Below the pieces are notes generated by a model. The model made no database searches and was not told where the DNA came from. It saw nothing but the letters and a program-made list of their open reading frames with translations. Both the position numbers and the translations under genes were made by a program. Positions 1-8,740 of a stretch of 64,000 nt of DNA are shown here, in pieces. The stretch's first letter is position 1. Every line of letters begins with the position of its first letter. The DNA lies in NCBI GenBank assembly GCA_964372045.1, contig CAYJPO010000012.1, forward strand, positions 517-64,516, written 5' to 3'. This stretch comes from an uncultured Anaerolinea sp. (GTDB taxonomy: Bacteria > Chloroflexota > Anaerolineae > Anaerolineales > Villigracilaceae).

Positions 1-2
1 CC

Positions 3-830
3 ACCATTGCTCGCGGTGACGGGCGCTCACGTCCGCTGGCGGATGTCATCGCGGATATCAATTCCGCGTTGGCGGGTGAGTCGAAGGAGATCGTCCTTAC
101 CGGTGTGCATCTTGGCTCATGGGGGCAGGAGATGAATGTTCATCTGCGCGATCTGGTCAAAGCCATTCTGCGCGAAACGGATGTCAAGCGTCTGCGATTA
201 TCCTCCCTTGAGCCGTGGGATCTGGATGCAGACTTTTTTTCTCTTTGGGCGGATAAGCGGCTCATGCCGCACCTACACCTGCCGCTTCAGTCTGGAAGCG
301 AATCTACCCTCAAACGGATGGCGCGCAAGACCACGCCGGAATCCTTCCGCGAGTTGGTGCAAGCCGCCCGCGCCGCCATGCCTGATGTTGCCATCACCAC
401 GGATATCATTGCCGGTTTTCCAGGTGAGACCGAAGATGAGTTTGCAGAGACACTCGCCTTCGTCAAAGAGATGGATTTCTCCAGCGGGCATGTCTTCTCG
501 TATTCGCCGCGTCCCGGTACCGGGGCGGCAAAGATGAGGGGACAGGTCAAGCCAGAGGTGCGCAAGATGCGCAACCACATGTTGCAGGATGTCATTGAAG
601 AGTCAGGTGCGGCGTATCGCGCGCGTTTCGTCGGACTGTCGATGCCCGTCTTGTGGGAATCCACCACCGAGTACGGCGAATACGGTTGGCGCATGGAAGG
701 CTGGACGGGTAATTATCTCCGGGTCAGCGCAGTCGCCCCGTCGCCCCGCTGGAATCAAGTGGATGAAGTCAAGTTGGTTCAGGTTAAAAATGGGGTGTTT
801 AATGGAGAATTGACCGGCGTCAACCAGTGA
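3..830 (+). CDS. mtaB: tRNA methylthiotransferase MtaB (radical SAM), 5'-truncated by the window edge
   Basis: Frame is open from base 3 (TIARGDGRSR). Motifs EIVLTGVHLG, RLRLSSLEP, HLPLQSGS, DIIAGFPGET and HVFSYSPRPGT are typical of MtaB/MiaB; HVFxYS favours MtaB. Confidence 0.85.
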   Translation, partial: TIARGDGRSRPLADVIADINSALAGESKEIVLTGVHLGSWGQEMNVHLRDLVKAILRETDVKRLRLSSLEPWDLDADFFSLWADKRLMPHLHLPLQSGSESTLKRMARKTTPESFRELVQAARAAMPDVAITTDIIAGFPGETEDEFAETLAFVKEMDFSSGHVFSYSPRPGTGAAKMRGQVKPEVRKMRNHMLQDVIEESGAAYRARFVGLSMPVLWESTTEYGEYGWRMEGWTGNYLRVSAVAPSPRWNQVDEVKLVQVKNGVFNGELTGVNQ

Positions 831-1001
831 TAAAGTGAATTGCTTTCGCGCATTTGGGGGAAAGTTGTTCAAACAGGTGGTGAGTTTGGCTGAGAACGGT
901 CTCCTTCGTTACAAATGTCACTTTTTGAAAGAGAAGAGGTGATTGTATAATTTCGATGTTGCAATTCATCGGAGCGATTCCAAAAAAATAAGGAGCAAGC
1001 C

Positions 1002-1913
1002 ATGACGGCTCAATTGATCGACGGTACTGCGATCGCGCAAAAAGTTCGTGACGGTGTTAAAGAGAAAGTTGCCAAAAGACTCGCGGAGGGAAAGTCCCAG
1101 CCGGGGTTGGCGACCGTATTGGTTGGAGCCCGTATCGACTCTGCCGCCTATGTCAGCATGAAGCAGAAGGCATGCGCCGAATTGGGGATGACATCTTTCC
1201 ATCACCCTGTGGCTGCGGATATTACCCAGGAAGACCTTGAAAAACTGATCAAAGAATTGAACGCCGATCCCAAAGTGAACGGCATCCTCGTTCAATTGCC
1301 CCTGCCCGATCACCTGGATGAAGAGCGTGTCTTACAGCTCATCAGCATCGAGAAGGATGTGGATGGGTTCTCGCCGATCAACCTCGGTCGTTTGGCGCAA
1401 AAGGGACGTGAACCTTTATTCGTGCCGTGTACACCGTATGGATGCATTTACCTGCTCAAGGAAGCAGGCGTGAAGATCGCAGGTGCGAATGCTGTGGTAT
1501 TGGGTCGCTCGAATATTGTGGGCATGCCTGCCGCATTGTTGCTCATCAAGGAGAACGCCACGGTGACCGTTGTCCACTCGAAGACGAAGGATATCCCCGC
1601 GGTCATGCGCGACGCGGACATTATCATCGCTGCCATCGGTCGCGCCGAAATGGTGCGCGGCAGTTGGATTAAGCCCGGCGCGGCGGTCATTGATGTTGGC
1701 ATCAACGGCATCCCAATGTTGAACGAGGACGGCACACCTGTCATCAGCCAGAAGACCGGCAAGCCGCGCCAGAAACTGGTAGGCGATGTCAACTTTGAGG
1801 AAGCCAAAGAGGTTGCCGGGTTCATCACCCCCGTCCCCGGAGGTGTGGGTCCGATGACCATTGCAATGCTTATGGCGAACACCCTGAGAGCGGCAGAGAT
1901 CCAGGATAAATAG
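1002..1913 (+). CDS. folD: Bifunctional methylenetetrahydrofolate dehydrogenase/cyclohydrolase
   Basis: GILVQLPLP, EKDVDG, PCTP, GRSNIVG, DVGIN and ITPVPGGVGPMT motifs; SD AAGGAG upstream. Confidence 0.97.
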   Translation: MTAQLIDGTAIAQKVRDGVKEKVAKRLAEGKSQPGLATVLVGARIDSAAYVSMKQKACAELGMTSFHHPVAADITQEDLEKLIKELNADPKVNGILVQLPLPDHLDEERVLQLISIEKDVDGFSPINLGRLAQKGREPLFVPCTPYGCIYLLKEAGVKIAGANAVVLGRSNIVGMPAALLLIKENATVTVVHSKTKDIPAVMRDADIIIAAIGRAEMVRGSWIKPGAAVIDVGINGIPMLNEDGTPVISQKTGKPRQKLVGDVNFEEAKEVAGFITPVPGGVGPMTIAMLMANTLRAAEIQDK

Positions 1914-1933
1914 CCAGAACCCGAAAGGCAAAC

Positions 1934-1966
1934 AAATCAGTCCCGTCGTGAGGCGGGATTGATTTT
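1934..1966 (+). terminator. Intrinsic terminator after folD
   Basis: Hairpin aaatcagtcccg/cgggattgattt followed by a T-run. Confidence 0.75.
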
Positions 1967-2001
1967 CTATATCATCCAGTTGAAAAAAAGAGGAGAGCAA
2001 A

Positions 2002-2913
2002 ATGAAGAAGGTTCTGAAATGGGTGGGAATCTTGTTCGGCGTGCTGGTGGGGGTGATCGTCATTGCGTCCATCGCTATTTATGTTCTCAGCCAATCGAGA
2101 CTGACGCGCGTGTATGAGCTTCCAGAAGAGTCGGTCGCCATTCCATCCGATTTGGCGTCGATCGCGAACGGAAAGCATATCTTTCAGTTCCGCGGGTGCG
2201 AAGCCTGCCACGGAGAAAACTTGGAAGGCAAGGTGTATCTCGATGACCCAGCGATCGGGAAGGTCATCTCAACGAATCTCACCACCGGCAAAGGCGGAGT
2301 CGGAGGCGGGCTGACAGACGCCGATTGGGTGCGCGCCATCCGTCATGGTGTCCGCACTGATGGCACGGGTCATCTGTTCATGCCTTCAACCGAGTTCTAT
2401 TACTTGAGCGATGATGATCTGGGTGATGTGATTGCCTACATCAAAAGCGTCCCGCTTGCGGATAATGAATTACCTGCAAGTTCCATTTCATTCACAGGCA
2501 GGATGGTGATGACGTTGGTGAAGGATATAACCTTTATCCCGGCAGAATTGATCCCGCACAACGATGCGCGTCCGATCACGCCCGAAGTTGGGGCTACACC
2601 CGAATATGGTGCCTATCTGACGCAGTCTTGTCATGTCTGTCACGGCATGACAATGTCAGGCGGCGTCATTCCTGGTTTTCCTTCGAGCTGGCCCCCAGCC
2701 CCAAACCTGACGCTTGGCGACGGGTCTGTTCTTCCCACATGGTCTGAGCAGGATTTCATCACTGCCTTGCGGACAGGTATGACCCCGACAGGCGTGGAAC
2801 TTCGTTCCGAGTACATGCCGTGGAATTCGTATAAATTCATGAGCGATGATGAGTTGAAAGCGGTCTGGCTGTATTTGCAAACCCTGCCGAAGGTGGCGTA
2901 TGGGAATCGGTAG
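2002..2913 (+). CDS. Membrane-anchored di-haem cytochrome c
   Basis: N-terminal TM helix; two CxxCH motifs (CEACH, CHVCH); FMPS and YMPW distal Met motifs. Confidence 0.88.
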   Translation: MKKVLKWVGILFGVLVGVIVIASIAIYVLSQSRLTRVYELPEESVAIPSDLASIANGKHIFQFRGCEACHGENLEGKVYLDDPAIGKVISTNLTTGKGGVGGGLTDADWVRAIRHGVRTDGTGHLFMPSTEFYYLSDDDLGDVIAYIKSVPLADNELPASSISFTGRMVMTLVKDITFIPAELIPHNDARPITPEVGATPEYGAYLTQSCHVCHGMTMSGGVIPGFPSSWPPAPNLTLGDGSVLPTWSEQDFITALRTGMTPTGVELRSEYMPWNSYKFMSDDELKAVWLYLQTLPKVAYGNR

Positions 2914-2947
2914 CCGTCGGCTGTAAACCCTGAATATCTCGATTTGC

Positions 2948-2978
2948 GATCAGCCCCATTTTGCGGGGCTGATCTTCT
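2948..2978 (+). terminator. Intrinsic terminator
   Basis: Stem gatcagcccc/ggggctgatc. Confidence 0.65.
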
Positions 2979-2988
2979 ATTAACACCC

Positions 2989-3030
2989 TTGACATACTAA
3001 CAAATCCGTACTAATATTGATTTATTAGTA
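2989..3030 (+). promoter_or_regulatory. Sigma70 promoter with overlapping palindromic operator (probable PadR autoregulation)
   Basis: TTGACA(2989)-N17-TAATAT(3012); inverted repeat TACTAATA-N6-TATTAGTA at 3009-3030 covers the -10. Confidence 0.7.
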
Positions 3031-3062
3031 GTGAAAAATTGATACTACTGAAAGGAGCAAGG

Positions 3063-3419
3063 ATGACTGACCTTTTGGCGCATACAAAAAAATTCCAAAA
3101 AGAACTCAATGCAGGAACCTCCTCGCTGGTGCTTTTGAGTGTTCTAAGCCGCAGCGATGAGCCCATGTACGGGTATCAGATCGCAAAAATGCTTGAAGAT
3201 AGCGGGCCCGAAGTACCCATGATGAAGCAGGGGGCGTTGTATCCTGTGCTGCGTTCTTTGGAAGAGAACGGTTTACTGGAAAGTACCGTGGAGCCCTCGG
3301 TTTCCGGTCCGCCGCGGCGGTATTATAAGATCACAAAAGACGGGAACGCCGCACTGGATGAATGGTCCGATATGTGGAAGCAGACGAAGAAATTCGTCGA
3401 TGCGATTTTGAAAGGATGA
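3063..3419 (+). CDS. PadR-family transcriptional regulator
   Basis: MYGYQI, GALYPVLRSLEENGL and PRRYYKIT motifs; start set at ATG 3063 behind SD AAGGAG. Confidence 0.92.
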   Translation: MTDLLAHTKKFQKELNAGTSSLVLLSVLSRSDEPMYGYQIAKMLEDSGPEVPMMKQGALYPVLRSLEENGLLESTVEPSVSGPPRRYYKITKDGNAALDEWSDMWKQTKKFVDAILKG

Positions 3420-3423
3420 CGAC

Positions 3424-4305
3424 ATGTATAAGACAATCGAAGAATATCTTGACGCTTTGAAAACCGAGATGAAGGATGCCGATTCCGCGCTGGTGCAGGA
3501 TGCGCTGGCGGATGCGCGTGAGCACCTGTCCAATGCCATGGAGACGGCGAGAAATACGCAATCGGGCACGAGTGATGCGGATCTGCTGGGTGCTGTCATC
3601 GAAGAATATGGTACGCCCGAAGAGACCGCCTCCGCATACAAGGAAGTGGAACGCCGCACATCCCCTGTGTTGAAGCAGACGGGTCAATCGGGTTCTGCGC
3701 TCGGTCGTTTCTTTGGCGTGTACGCAGATCCGCGTGCCTGGGGCGCATTGCTTTATATGTTGATCGCTTTCATCACCGGCGTTTTCTATTTCACCTGGGC
3801 AGTGACGGGGATCTCGATCTCGGTCTCGTTCCTGATCTTCATCTTCGGTTTCCCGCTGGCGCTTTTATTCCTGCTCTCCGTACGCGGACTGGCTTTACTC
3901 GAAGGGCGCCTGGTCGAGGCGCTGATCGGTGTGCGGATGCCGCGACGTCCACTGTTCTCTCACCAGGGCATGAAGTGGGTGGACCGCCTCAAGGCGCTTG
4001 TCACCGATAAAGCCACCTGGCTGATGCTGGTCTACATGATCCTGCAATTCGTCCTTGGCACGGCTTATTTTATTGTGCTAGTGGTTGTGTTGAGCTTCTC
4101 GCTTTCGGCTATCGCATTCCCGTTCTTGCAGGAGTTTTTCGACCAGGGGATGTACATTGGAAGTATGCGATATATTTTCCCGGCATGGACGTATCCGATC
4201 TGGATGCTCGGCGGTTTCCTCTTGTGGACGACCTTCATGAACATTGCCCGGGGTGTCGTTCAGTTGCACGGGAAACTGGCGAAGTTCCTGCTGGTATCAG
4301 AGTAG
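3424..4305 (+). CDS. HAAS-like N-terminal domain plus membrane sensor domain protein (PadR partner)
   Basis: N-terminus IEEYLDAL...DAREHL...EEYGTPEETA (DUF1700/HAAS pattern), then four TM segments with LEGRLVEALIG (PF13796-like). Confidence 0.75.
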   Translation: MYKTIEEYLDALKTEMKDADSALVQDALADAREHLSNAMETARNTQSGTSDADLLGAVIEEYGTPEETASAYKEVERRTSPVLKQTGQSGSALGRFFGVYADPRAWGALLYMLIAFITGVFYFTWAVTGISISVSFLIFIFGFPLALLFLLSVRGLALLEGRLVEALIGVRMPRRPLFSHQGMKWVDRLKALVTDKATWLMLVYMILQFVLGTAYFIVLVVVLSFSLSAIAFPFLQEFFDQGMYIGSMRYIFPAWTYPIWMLGGFLLWTTFMNIARGVVQLHGKLAKFLLVSE

Positions 4306-4351
4306 TAAAACGAAAAGCAGCCCGGTTTACACTGGGCTGCTTTTCGTTTTA
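4306..4351. terminator. Bidirectional intrinsic terminator
   Basis: Stem taaaacgaaaagcagcccgg/ctgggctgcttttcgtttta between convergent genes. Confidence 0.9.
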
Positions 4352-4360
4352 ACTGGTTGT

Positions 4361-6799
4361 TTATGGTTTGATAAGCAAGCCTAGGTGATTGGCGACGCGG
4401 CGTTCCTTGCCCGGGCGAGCCAGATCAATGGGGGAATTGAGGACTCGCGCTTCACCATCAAATCCGCGGATCGACATGGCGGATGATCCGCCGCCATCCA
4501 TGTTTGCGCCGGTGTGCGCACCGTAGGAGATGAGCAGTTCTGCCAGTTCGGGGAAGGTCACACCTTCACTGTAACCCGGCTGACGTCCGTCAACGACCAT
4601 CAACGTGAGCCAGCGTCCGTTTCGGTTCAACCCGATGGCGGTGCGGGGATTAGGCGCCTGCGCAGCGAGATTCTTAACTACTTTGCCGTCCACGACCACC
4701 AAGCGATCGCCTGACACGGCATTGAAGATTCTTCCTGATTCCTTGTTGAAGGTCACCTGGTTCTTCTGACCAATATAGATCACCGGCTGAGCGGTCTTCT
4801 TTGGAGAGTAGATCTTTCCACGCGAGGCGGCATAGTCACTGATCCGCACCGGTTCGCCGCCATTTGGACAAAGAGTGTCGGGGTCGTATGATGGGTCGAG
4901 ATAGCTGAAATATCCGCCGTTGATCGCCGCCTGCAATTTGAATTCTTCGAGAAACGAGGAGGTCGTGCGCGTGCAGACGATATCCGTGTTGTTGGGCGAA
5001 GGAGTGACGAGGAATTCCAACTTTGCGGTTTGCAGGTCGATCGCCATTACATGCACCACGATCGGGCGCGGGCTGGTCAGATCCTTCCGCAGGTAGGTCA
5101 CTCCGGTGAACAGGTTCTGTGTGACGGATGTCGGTCTGCTGGCGGTTGTGAGCTTGACCAGATAATCTTTGGTACACCAGCCGGTCAGTCCGTCAAGTTT
5201 TTGGATCTGCGCCCAATGGGAATTTGAAGTATCGTCCACTGCAGGAATTGTGTCGTTCTTGTAGACCTTGGCGATGATCTTACTGGTTGGGTTCGGCGCT
5301 TCACGAACGTTCAAGGTAGTCGTATTGACCCGATACCAGTTCTTATCTGCGTGTTCGGGGACCGGAGTTGTGGCAGGCGGTTCTTCGGGGGCAGGGGAAT
5401 GTACACTGATCAGATATTCGCTGGAACTCCAACCGGAGAGACTCCCATCTTGTTTTTTGATCTTCAGCCACGAACCATCCATGGTCGCGTCGATCTTTTC
5501 CACAAGCTCGCCAAAGTAAACCAGCCCGATCGAGTCAAAATCCAACCCGGGTCCCTCGCGGACTTTTAGGGAGGAAGCTGTGACCCGATACCAATTCTCA
5601 TCCTCGTCCTCAGGCGGCGGGGTTGGCTCAGGCTCGGGTGTTGGGGAGGTGACGGGTTCAAGAAATTCGGCAGTGCTCCATCCGGTCAGGCTTCCATCCG
5701 TTTTGCGAACTTGCAGCCATGACCGGTCCGCATTGGCGCCGATCTCTTCCACGACTTCATTTAGAACGATGCTCCCTATCTGGCTAAAGGTTGTACTCGG
5801 TCCTTCGCGCACACGCAGGGATGCAGTGGTGACGCGATGCAGTTTTCCGGTCGGTGTCGGTTCTGGCTCAGGCTCGGGTTCAGGGTCAGGCGTCGGGTCG
5901 GGTGATGGCGCGCTCAGGCGTTGAAGATAAGCCGCAAAACTCCAGCCGCTCAGGCTGTCATCCTGTTTCTTGATCTTCAGCCAGGTCTTATCAGCGTTGG
6001 AATCTATTTCTTCCACAACTTCATTCAGCAGAATACTGCCGAGTTGAGAATAGGATAACCCTGGTCCTTCGCGGACTTTTAGGGATGGGACGGTCACCCG
6101 CAGGAATTTGCTGGGTGGCAACGGGTCGGGAATTGGGATGTCCTTCAAGCCAAAGCGTTCTCGGAATGCCTCCGGCTTGCCGTTGAAATAGTTCAAGTCG
6201 ATGTTCAGGCTCTCCACGCCGTAAATACTGCCATCGCCGTTGTCGGTGAATTGCCAGAAGGTCCAGGTATCCCACGGTTTTGGGACGAGCGGAGTGGCAA
6301 CGCCGTAGTTGGCGATCCAAAGCGGATATTGTTTGAAATAATTCAGCGAGGCGTTGGAGATCCCGGCAGCGACCGTGTTCTCTTTCCAGTAATAGTATCC
6401 GGTGTAGACGCCGATCTCCTTACCCTGCGGGATGAGTTCTTTGACGCGTTCAAGGAAGTTGTACCAATGTTTCCAGCCTTTATAGGGACCGTTGTAGGCA
6501 TCTTCGAAATCCCCGAACAGTGGCAGTTCGCCGTAGTCGCCTTCGAACATGGATACCCATTTTTCGGCTTGTTTTTTCGGGTCTATCCGGCTGTCGTAAA
6601 ACCAGTAGGAACCGCGCGGCATGCCTGCCAGCTTTGATTCGCGCCAATTGACTTTGAAATCACGGTCTCCCCAAAGGTTTTGACCGGCGCGGACGACCAC
6701 ATACCCCGCATAAGTGCGCATTTTTATGAAGTCAATGCCCTGGGGGGTCTCCGGGTCATCTTGATAAAAACTAACATCGGGTCCGATGACGTTTGCCAT
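4361..6799 (-). CDS. GH25 muramidase + 4 SH3b domains + phosphodiester glycosidase (NAGPA-like) domain
   Basis: GH25 motifs DVSFYQ, DFE, WTFWQFT, IDLN; four repeats of LxVRxGP...W...GW joined by P/E/T linkers; C-terminal AAINGGY, PRTAIG, VVDGRQ, NMDGGGSS. Start at ATG 6799 behind AAGGAG. Confidence 0.85.
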   Translation of the reverse strand: MANVIGPDVSFYQDDPETPQGIDFIKMRTYAGYVVVRAGQNLWGDRDFKVNWRESKLAGMPRGSYWFYDSRIDPKKQAEKWVSMFEGDYGELPLFGDFEDAYNGPYKGWKHWYNFLERVKELIPQGKEIGVYTGYYYWKENTVAAGISNASLNYFKQYPLWIANYGVATPLVPKPWDTWTFWQFTDNGDGSIYGVESLNIDLNYFNGKPEAFRERFGLKDIPIPDPLPPSKFLRVTVPSLKVREGPGLSYSQLGSILLNEVVEEIDSNADKTWLKIKKQDDSLSGWSFAAYLQRLSAPSPDPTPDPEPEPEPEPTPTGKLHRVTTASLRVREGPSTTFSQIGSIVLNEVVEEIGANADRSWLQVRKTDGSLTGWSTAEFLEPVTSPTPEPEPTPPPEDEDENWYRVTASSLKVREGPGLDFDSIGLVYFGELVEKIDATMDGSWLKIKKQDGSLSGWSSSEYLISVHSPAPEEPPATTPVPEHADKNWYRVNTTTLNVREAPNPTSKIIAKVYKNDTIPAVDDTSNSHWAQIQKLDGLTGWCTKDYLVKLTTASRPTSVTQNLFTGVTYLRKDLTSPRPIVVHVMAIDLQTAKLEFLVTPSPNNTDIVCTRTTSSFLEEFKLQAAINGGYFSYLDPSYDPDTLCPNGGEPVRISDYAASRGKIYSPKKTAQPVIYIGQKNQVTFNKESGRIFNAVSGDRLVVVDGKVVKNLAAQAPNPRTAIGLNRNGRWLTLMVVDGRQPGYSEGVTFPELAELLISYGAHTGANMDGGGSSAMSIRGFDGEARVLNSPIDLARPGKERRVANHLGLLIKP

Positions 6800-6912
6800 A
6801 ACTGTCTCCTTGTTGTTACATGGATGTACAGGACTTGTGTCCAAGTCTGTGTTAGTTATTTATGAATGGATTAATTATAAACGAAAGGGCTGTGGTGTGG
6901 ATACGCTGAGAG

Positions 6913-7266
6913 TTACACGGCGTTTTCGAAGTGAGTGACCTGCGGTGTGCCCCCCGGTTTCCCTTCGATGGCAATAACATCGATCTGCCAGCGGTCAATG
7001 GCATGTTCCGCGGCATAGTGCTGGGCGGTATTGAGCATGTGCTCGCGTTTGCGATTGGTGATTTGATGTTCGGGGAGCAGGTTTTTGCTGGATGTGAGGG
7101 TCTTGACTTCGACGAAGACGGTGACTTCTCCCTGACGGGCGATGATATCGATCTCACCATACGGCGTGCGGACGTTGCGGGCGAGGATCTCGTGTCCACG
7201 CTTCGCGAGCCATGCGGCAGCGATCTCTTCGCCCCATGCGCCGATCCTTTGGTTGTGATGGGTCAT
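6913..7266 (-). CDS. yraN: YraN/UPF0102 family protein
   Basis: GAWGEEIAA, GEIDIIA and VFVEVKT motifs; ATG overlaps the upstream stop (ATGA). Confidence 0.9.
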   Translation of the reverse strand: MTHHNQRIGAWGEEIAAAWLAKRGHEILARNVRTPYGEIDIIARQGEVTVFVEVKTLTSSKNLLPEHQITNRKREHMLNTAQHYAAEHAIDRWQIDVIAIEGKPGGTPQVTHFENAV

Positions 7267-8465
7267 GAAAGGAATCGTTCCAGAATGCTGCGCAGACGCG
7301 TTCTCCAACTGCTTTTTTGCAACCGCGAATCGTTGACCAGCATTTCGTAATGCTTGAGCATAATTCCGGTGGTGCGTTCGATGGAGTAGACCGTCGATGC
7401 TGAACGGGCGGAAAGGCTCATTTGCCGGCGCAGGTCCAGGTCAAGGCAGAGGCGGGTAAGTTTGGCTGTGAAGGCAGGCAGATTCTCTGTAGATAAGAAA
7501 CCGGTCACGCCATCTTCGACAGTATCCCCGACCCCGACAGATTCTATTCCCATAATGGGCAGACCTGCGCCCATCGCCTCGATCACGGAAAGCGGGTGGA
7601 CTTCCGTCACAGATGCCGTGACAAAAATATCGCACATGGCAAGGAACGCGGGGAGCTGATCGTATTCGATCCTGCCGGTCATGTGAACACGACTGTTGAG
7701 GTTCATCGTTTCAACAAGCGAGCGGATCTCTTCTTCGAAGGGCTGCACGCCGCCGCCGATGAGAAGCAGGTAAACATTGGGAATGGCTTTTGCGATCCCG
7801 GCGAATGATTCCAATAAGAAGGGAATGTTCTTTTCAAGCGCTATGCGACCCGCGTATATGAGGAGAACGTCATCTGCATGGTATCCGAACTGTTCACGCG
7901 GGAGCGGTTCTGCGGATTGGAAATTCTTAAGGTCTACACCGTTCGGCACGGTCTCGATCCTGGCTTCCACTTTCAGGTCGCGCAAGACACCTTCCATGCC
8001 GTGTGATGGAGTAATGACAAGGTCCACCGCCTTGCAGAACGGCGGCATGTAGGATTGAAGCAGCCCAAGGCTGACCTCCTCCGGCATCATCGGCAGGTAG
8101 GCTTGCGCATACAGATCGTAACGCGAATGATTGGTGTAAACGATCGGAATTCGCAGGGGACGGCAATACCGCAATGCCAGCCGTCCGCTCAGGAAAGGGT
8201 GGTGGACATGGACCAGGTCCATCGTTTGCAGGAGCTTCTTTGCCTGACGCGAATAGCGCATGGAAAGATAAAATCCTGTATCCGCCAGCGGCACGCCGGG
8301 GCTGCGAATGATATTCTTTTCGTTGTCAATGTGGTCAAGGTCGCCGAACGTGAAGACGAAAACATCGTGACCCGCTTTTTCGAGATATTGCTTGTTGGTC
8401 TCGACGTAATTGGTGATCCCGCTGATATACGGTTTGTAGCTGTCGACCATCATACCGATGCGCAT
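7263..8465 (-). CDS. GT4 glycosyltransferase (glycolipid synthase-like)
   Basis: N-terminal YKPYISGI, HVHHPF, GRIALEKNI and EVHPLSVIEAMGAG motifs. Confidence 0.88.
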   Translation of the reverse strand: MRIGMMVDSYKPYISGITNYVETNKQYLEKAGHDVFVFTFGDLDHIDNEKNIIRSPGVPLADTGFYLSMRYSRQAKKLLQTMDLVHVHHPFLSGRLALRYCRPLRIPIVYTNHSRYDLYAQAYLPMMPEEVSLGLLQSYMPPFCKAVDLVITPSHGMEGVLRDLKVEARIETVPNGVDLKNFQSAEPLPREQFGYHADDVLLIYAGRIALEKNIPFLLESFAGIAKAIPNVYLLLIGGGVQPFEEEIRSLVETMNLNSRVHMTGRIEYDQLPAFLAMCDIFVTASVTEVHPLSVIEAMGAGLPIMGIESVGVGDTVEDGVTGFLSTENLPAFTAKLTRLCLDLDLRRQMSLSARSASTVYSIERTTGIMLKHYEMLVNDSRLQKSSWRTRLRSILERFLS

Positions 8466-8524
8466 AAGGATATGCTAAGACAAGCACAGGTGAATGTCAA
8501 GTACGAGAATCTGCGTGGTAGAAT
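8466..8524. promoter_or_regulatory. Back-to-back divergent promoters; leaderless promoter for the GT4 gene
   Basis: Minus strand: TTGACA(8500-8495)-N17-TAGCAT(8477-8472)-N6-ATG. Plus strand: extended -10 TGgTAGAAT at 8516-8524. Confidence 0.7.
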
Positions 8525-8544
8525 AAAAATTCCTTAGGAGTTCC

Positions 8545-8739
8545 ATGACCGCGAAATTGGTCTTACGCAACAAAGAATATGAAGTGAAACCGGGCATGAC
8601 CCTGCTTGATTCGTTGAAGAAATGCGGCATCGTGCCCGAGTCGGTCATCGCCACCCATGACGGTGAGTTGATCACGGAGGATGAGATCCTCAAAGACGGG
8701 GAAACCATCAAGCTGATCGCTGTGATCTCAGGCGGCTGA
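8545..8739 (+). CDS. ttuB: ThiS/MoaD-family sulfur carrier (TtuB-like)
   Basis: 64 aa, ubiquitin-like, ends in ISGG, directly upstream of a TtuA-like gene. Confidence 0.75.
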   Translation: MTAKLVLRNKEYEVKPGMTLLDSLKKCGIVPESVIATHDGELITEDEILKDGETIKLIAVISGG

Positions 8740-8740
8740 T

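Noticed and set aside
830-1001. Possible THF or ZTP riboswitch upstream of folD
   Set aside because: Only AACAGGTGG resembles ZTP; GACUGGCG and CGCCUGGG elements and the THF core are absent.
1705-1790. About 15-aa insertion in FolD (PMLNEDGTPVISQKTGKP)
   Set aside because: Falls in a loop known to vary in length between DVGIN and LVGDV; no intein motifs.
4361-7266. Prophage lysis cassette (endolysin next to a nuclease-fold gene)
   Set aside because: No holin, structural, integrase or att features; yraN is a conserved chromosomal gene.
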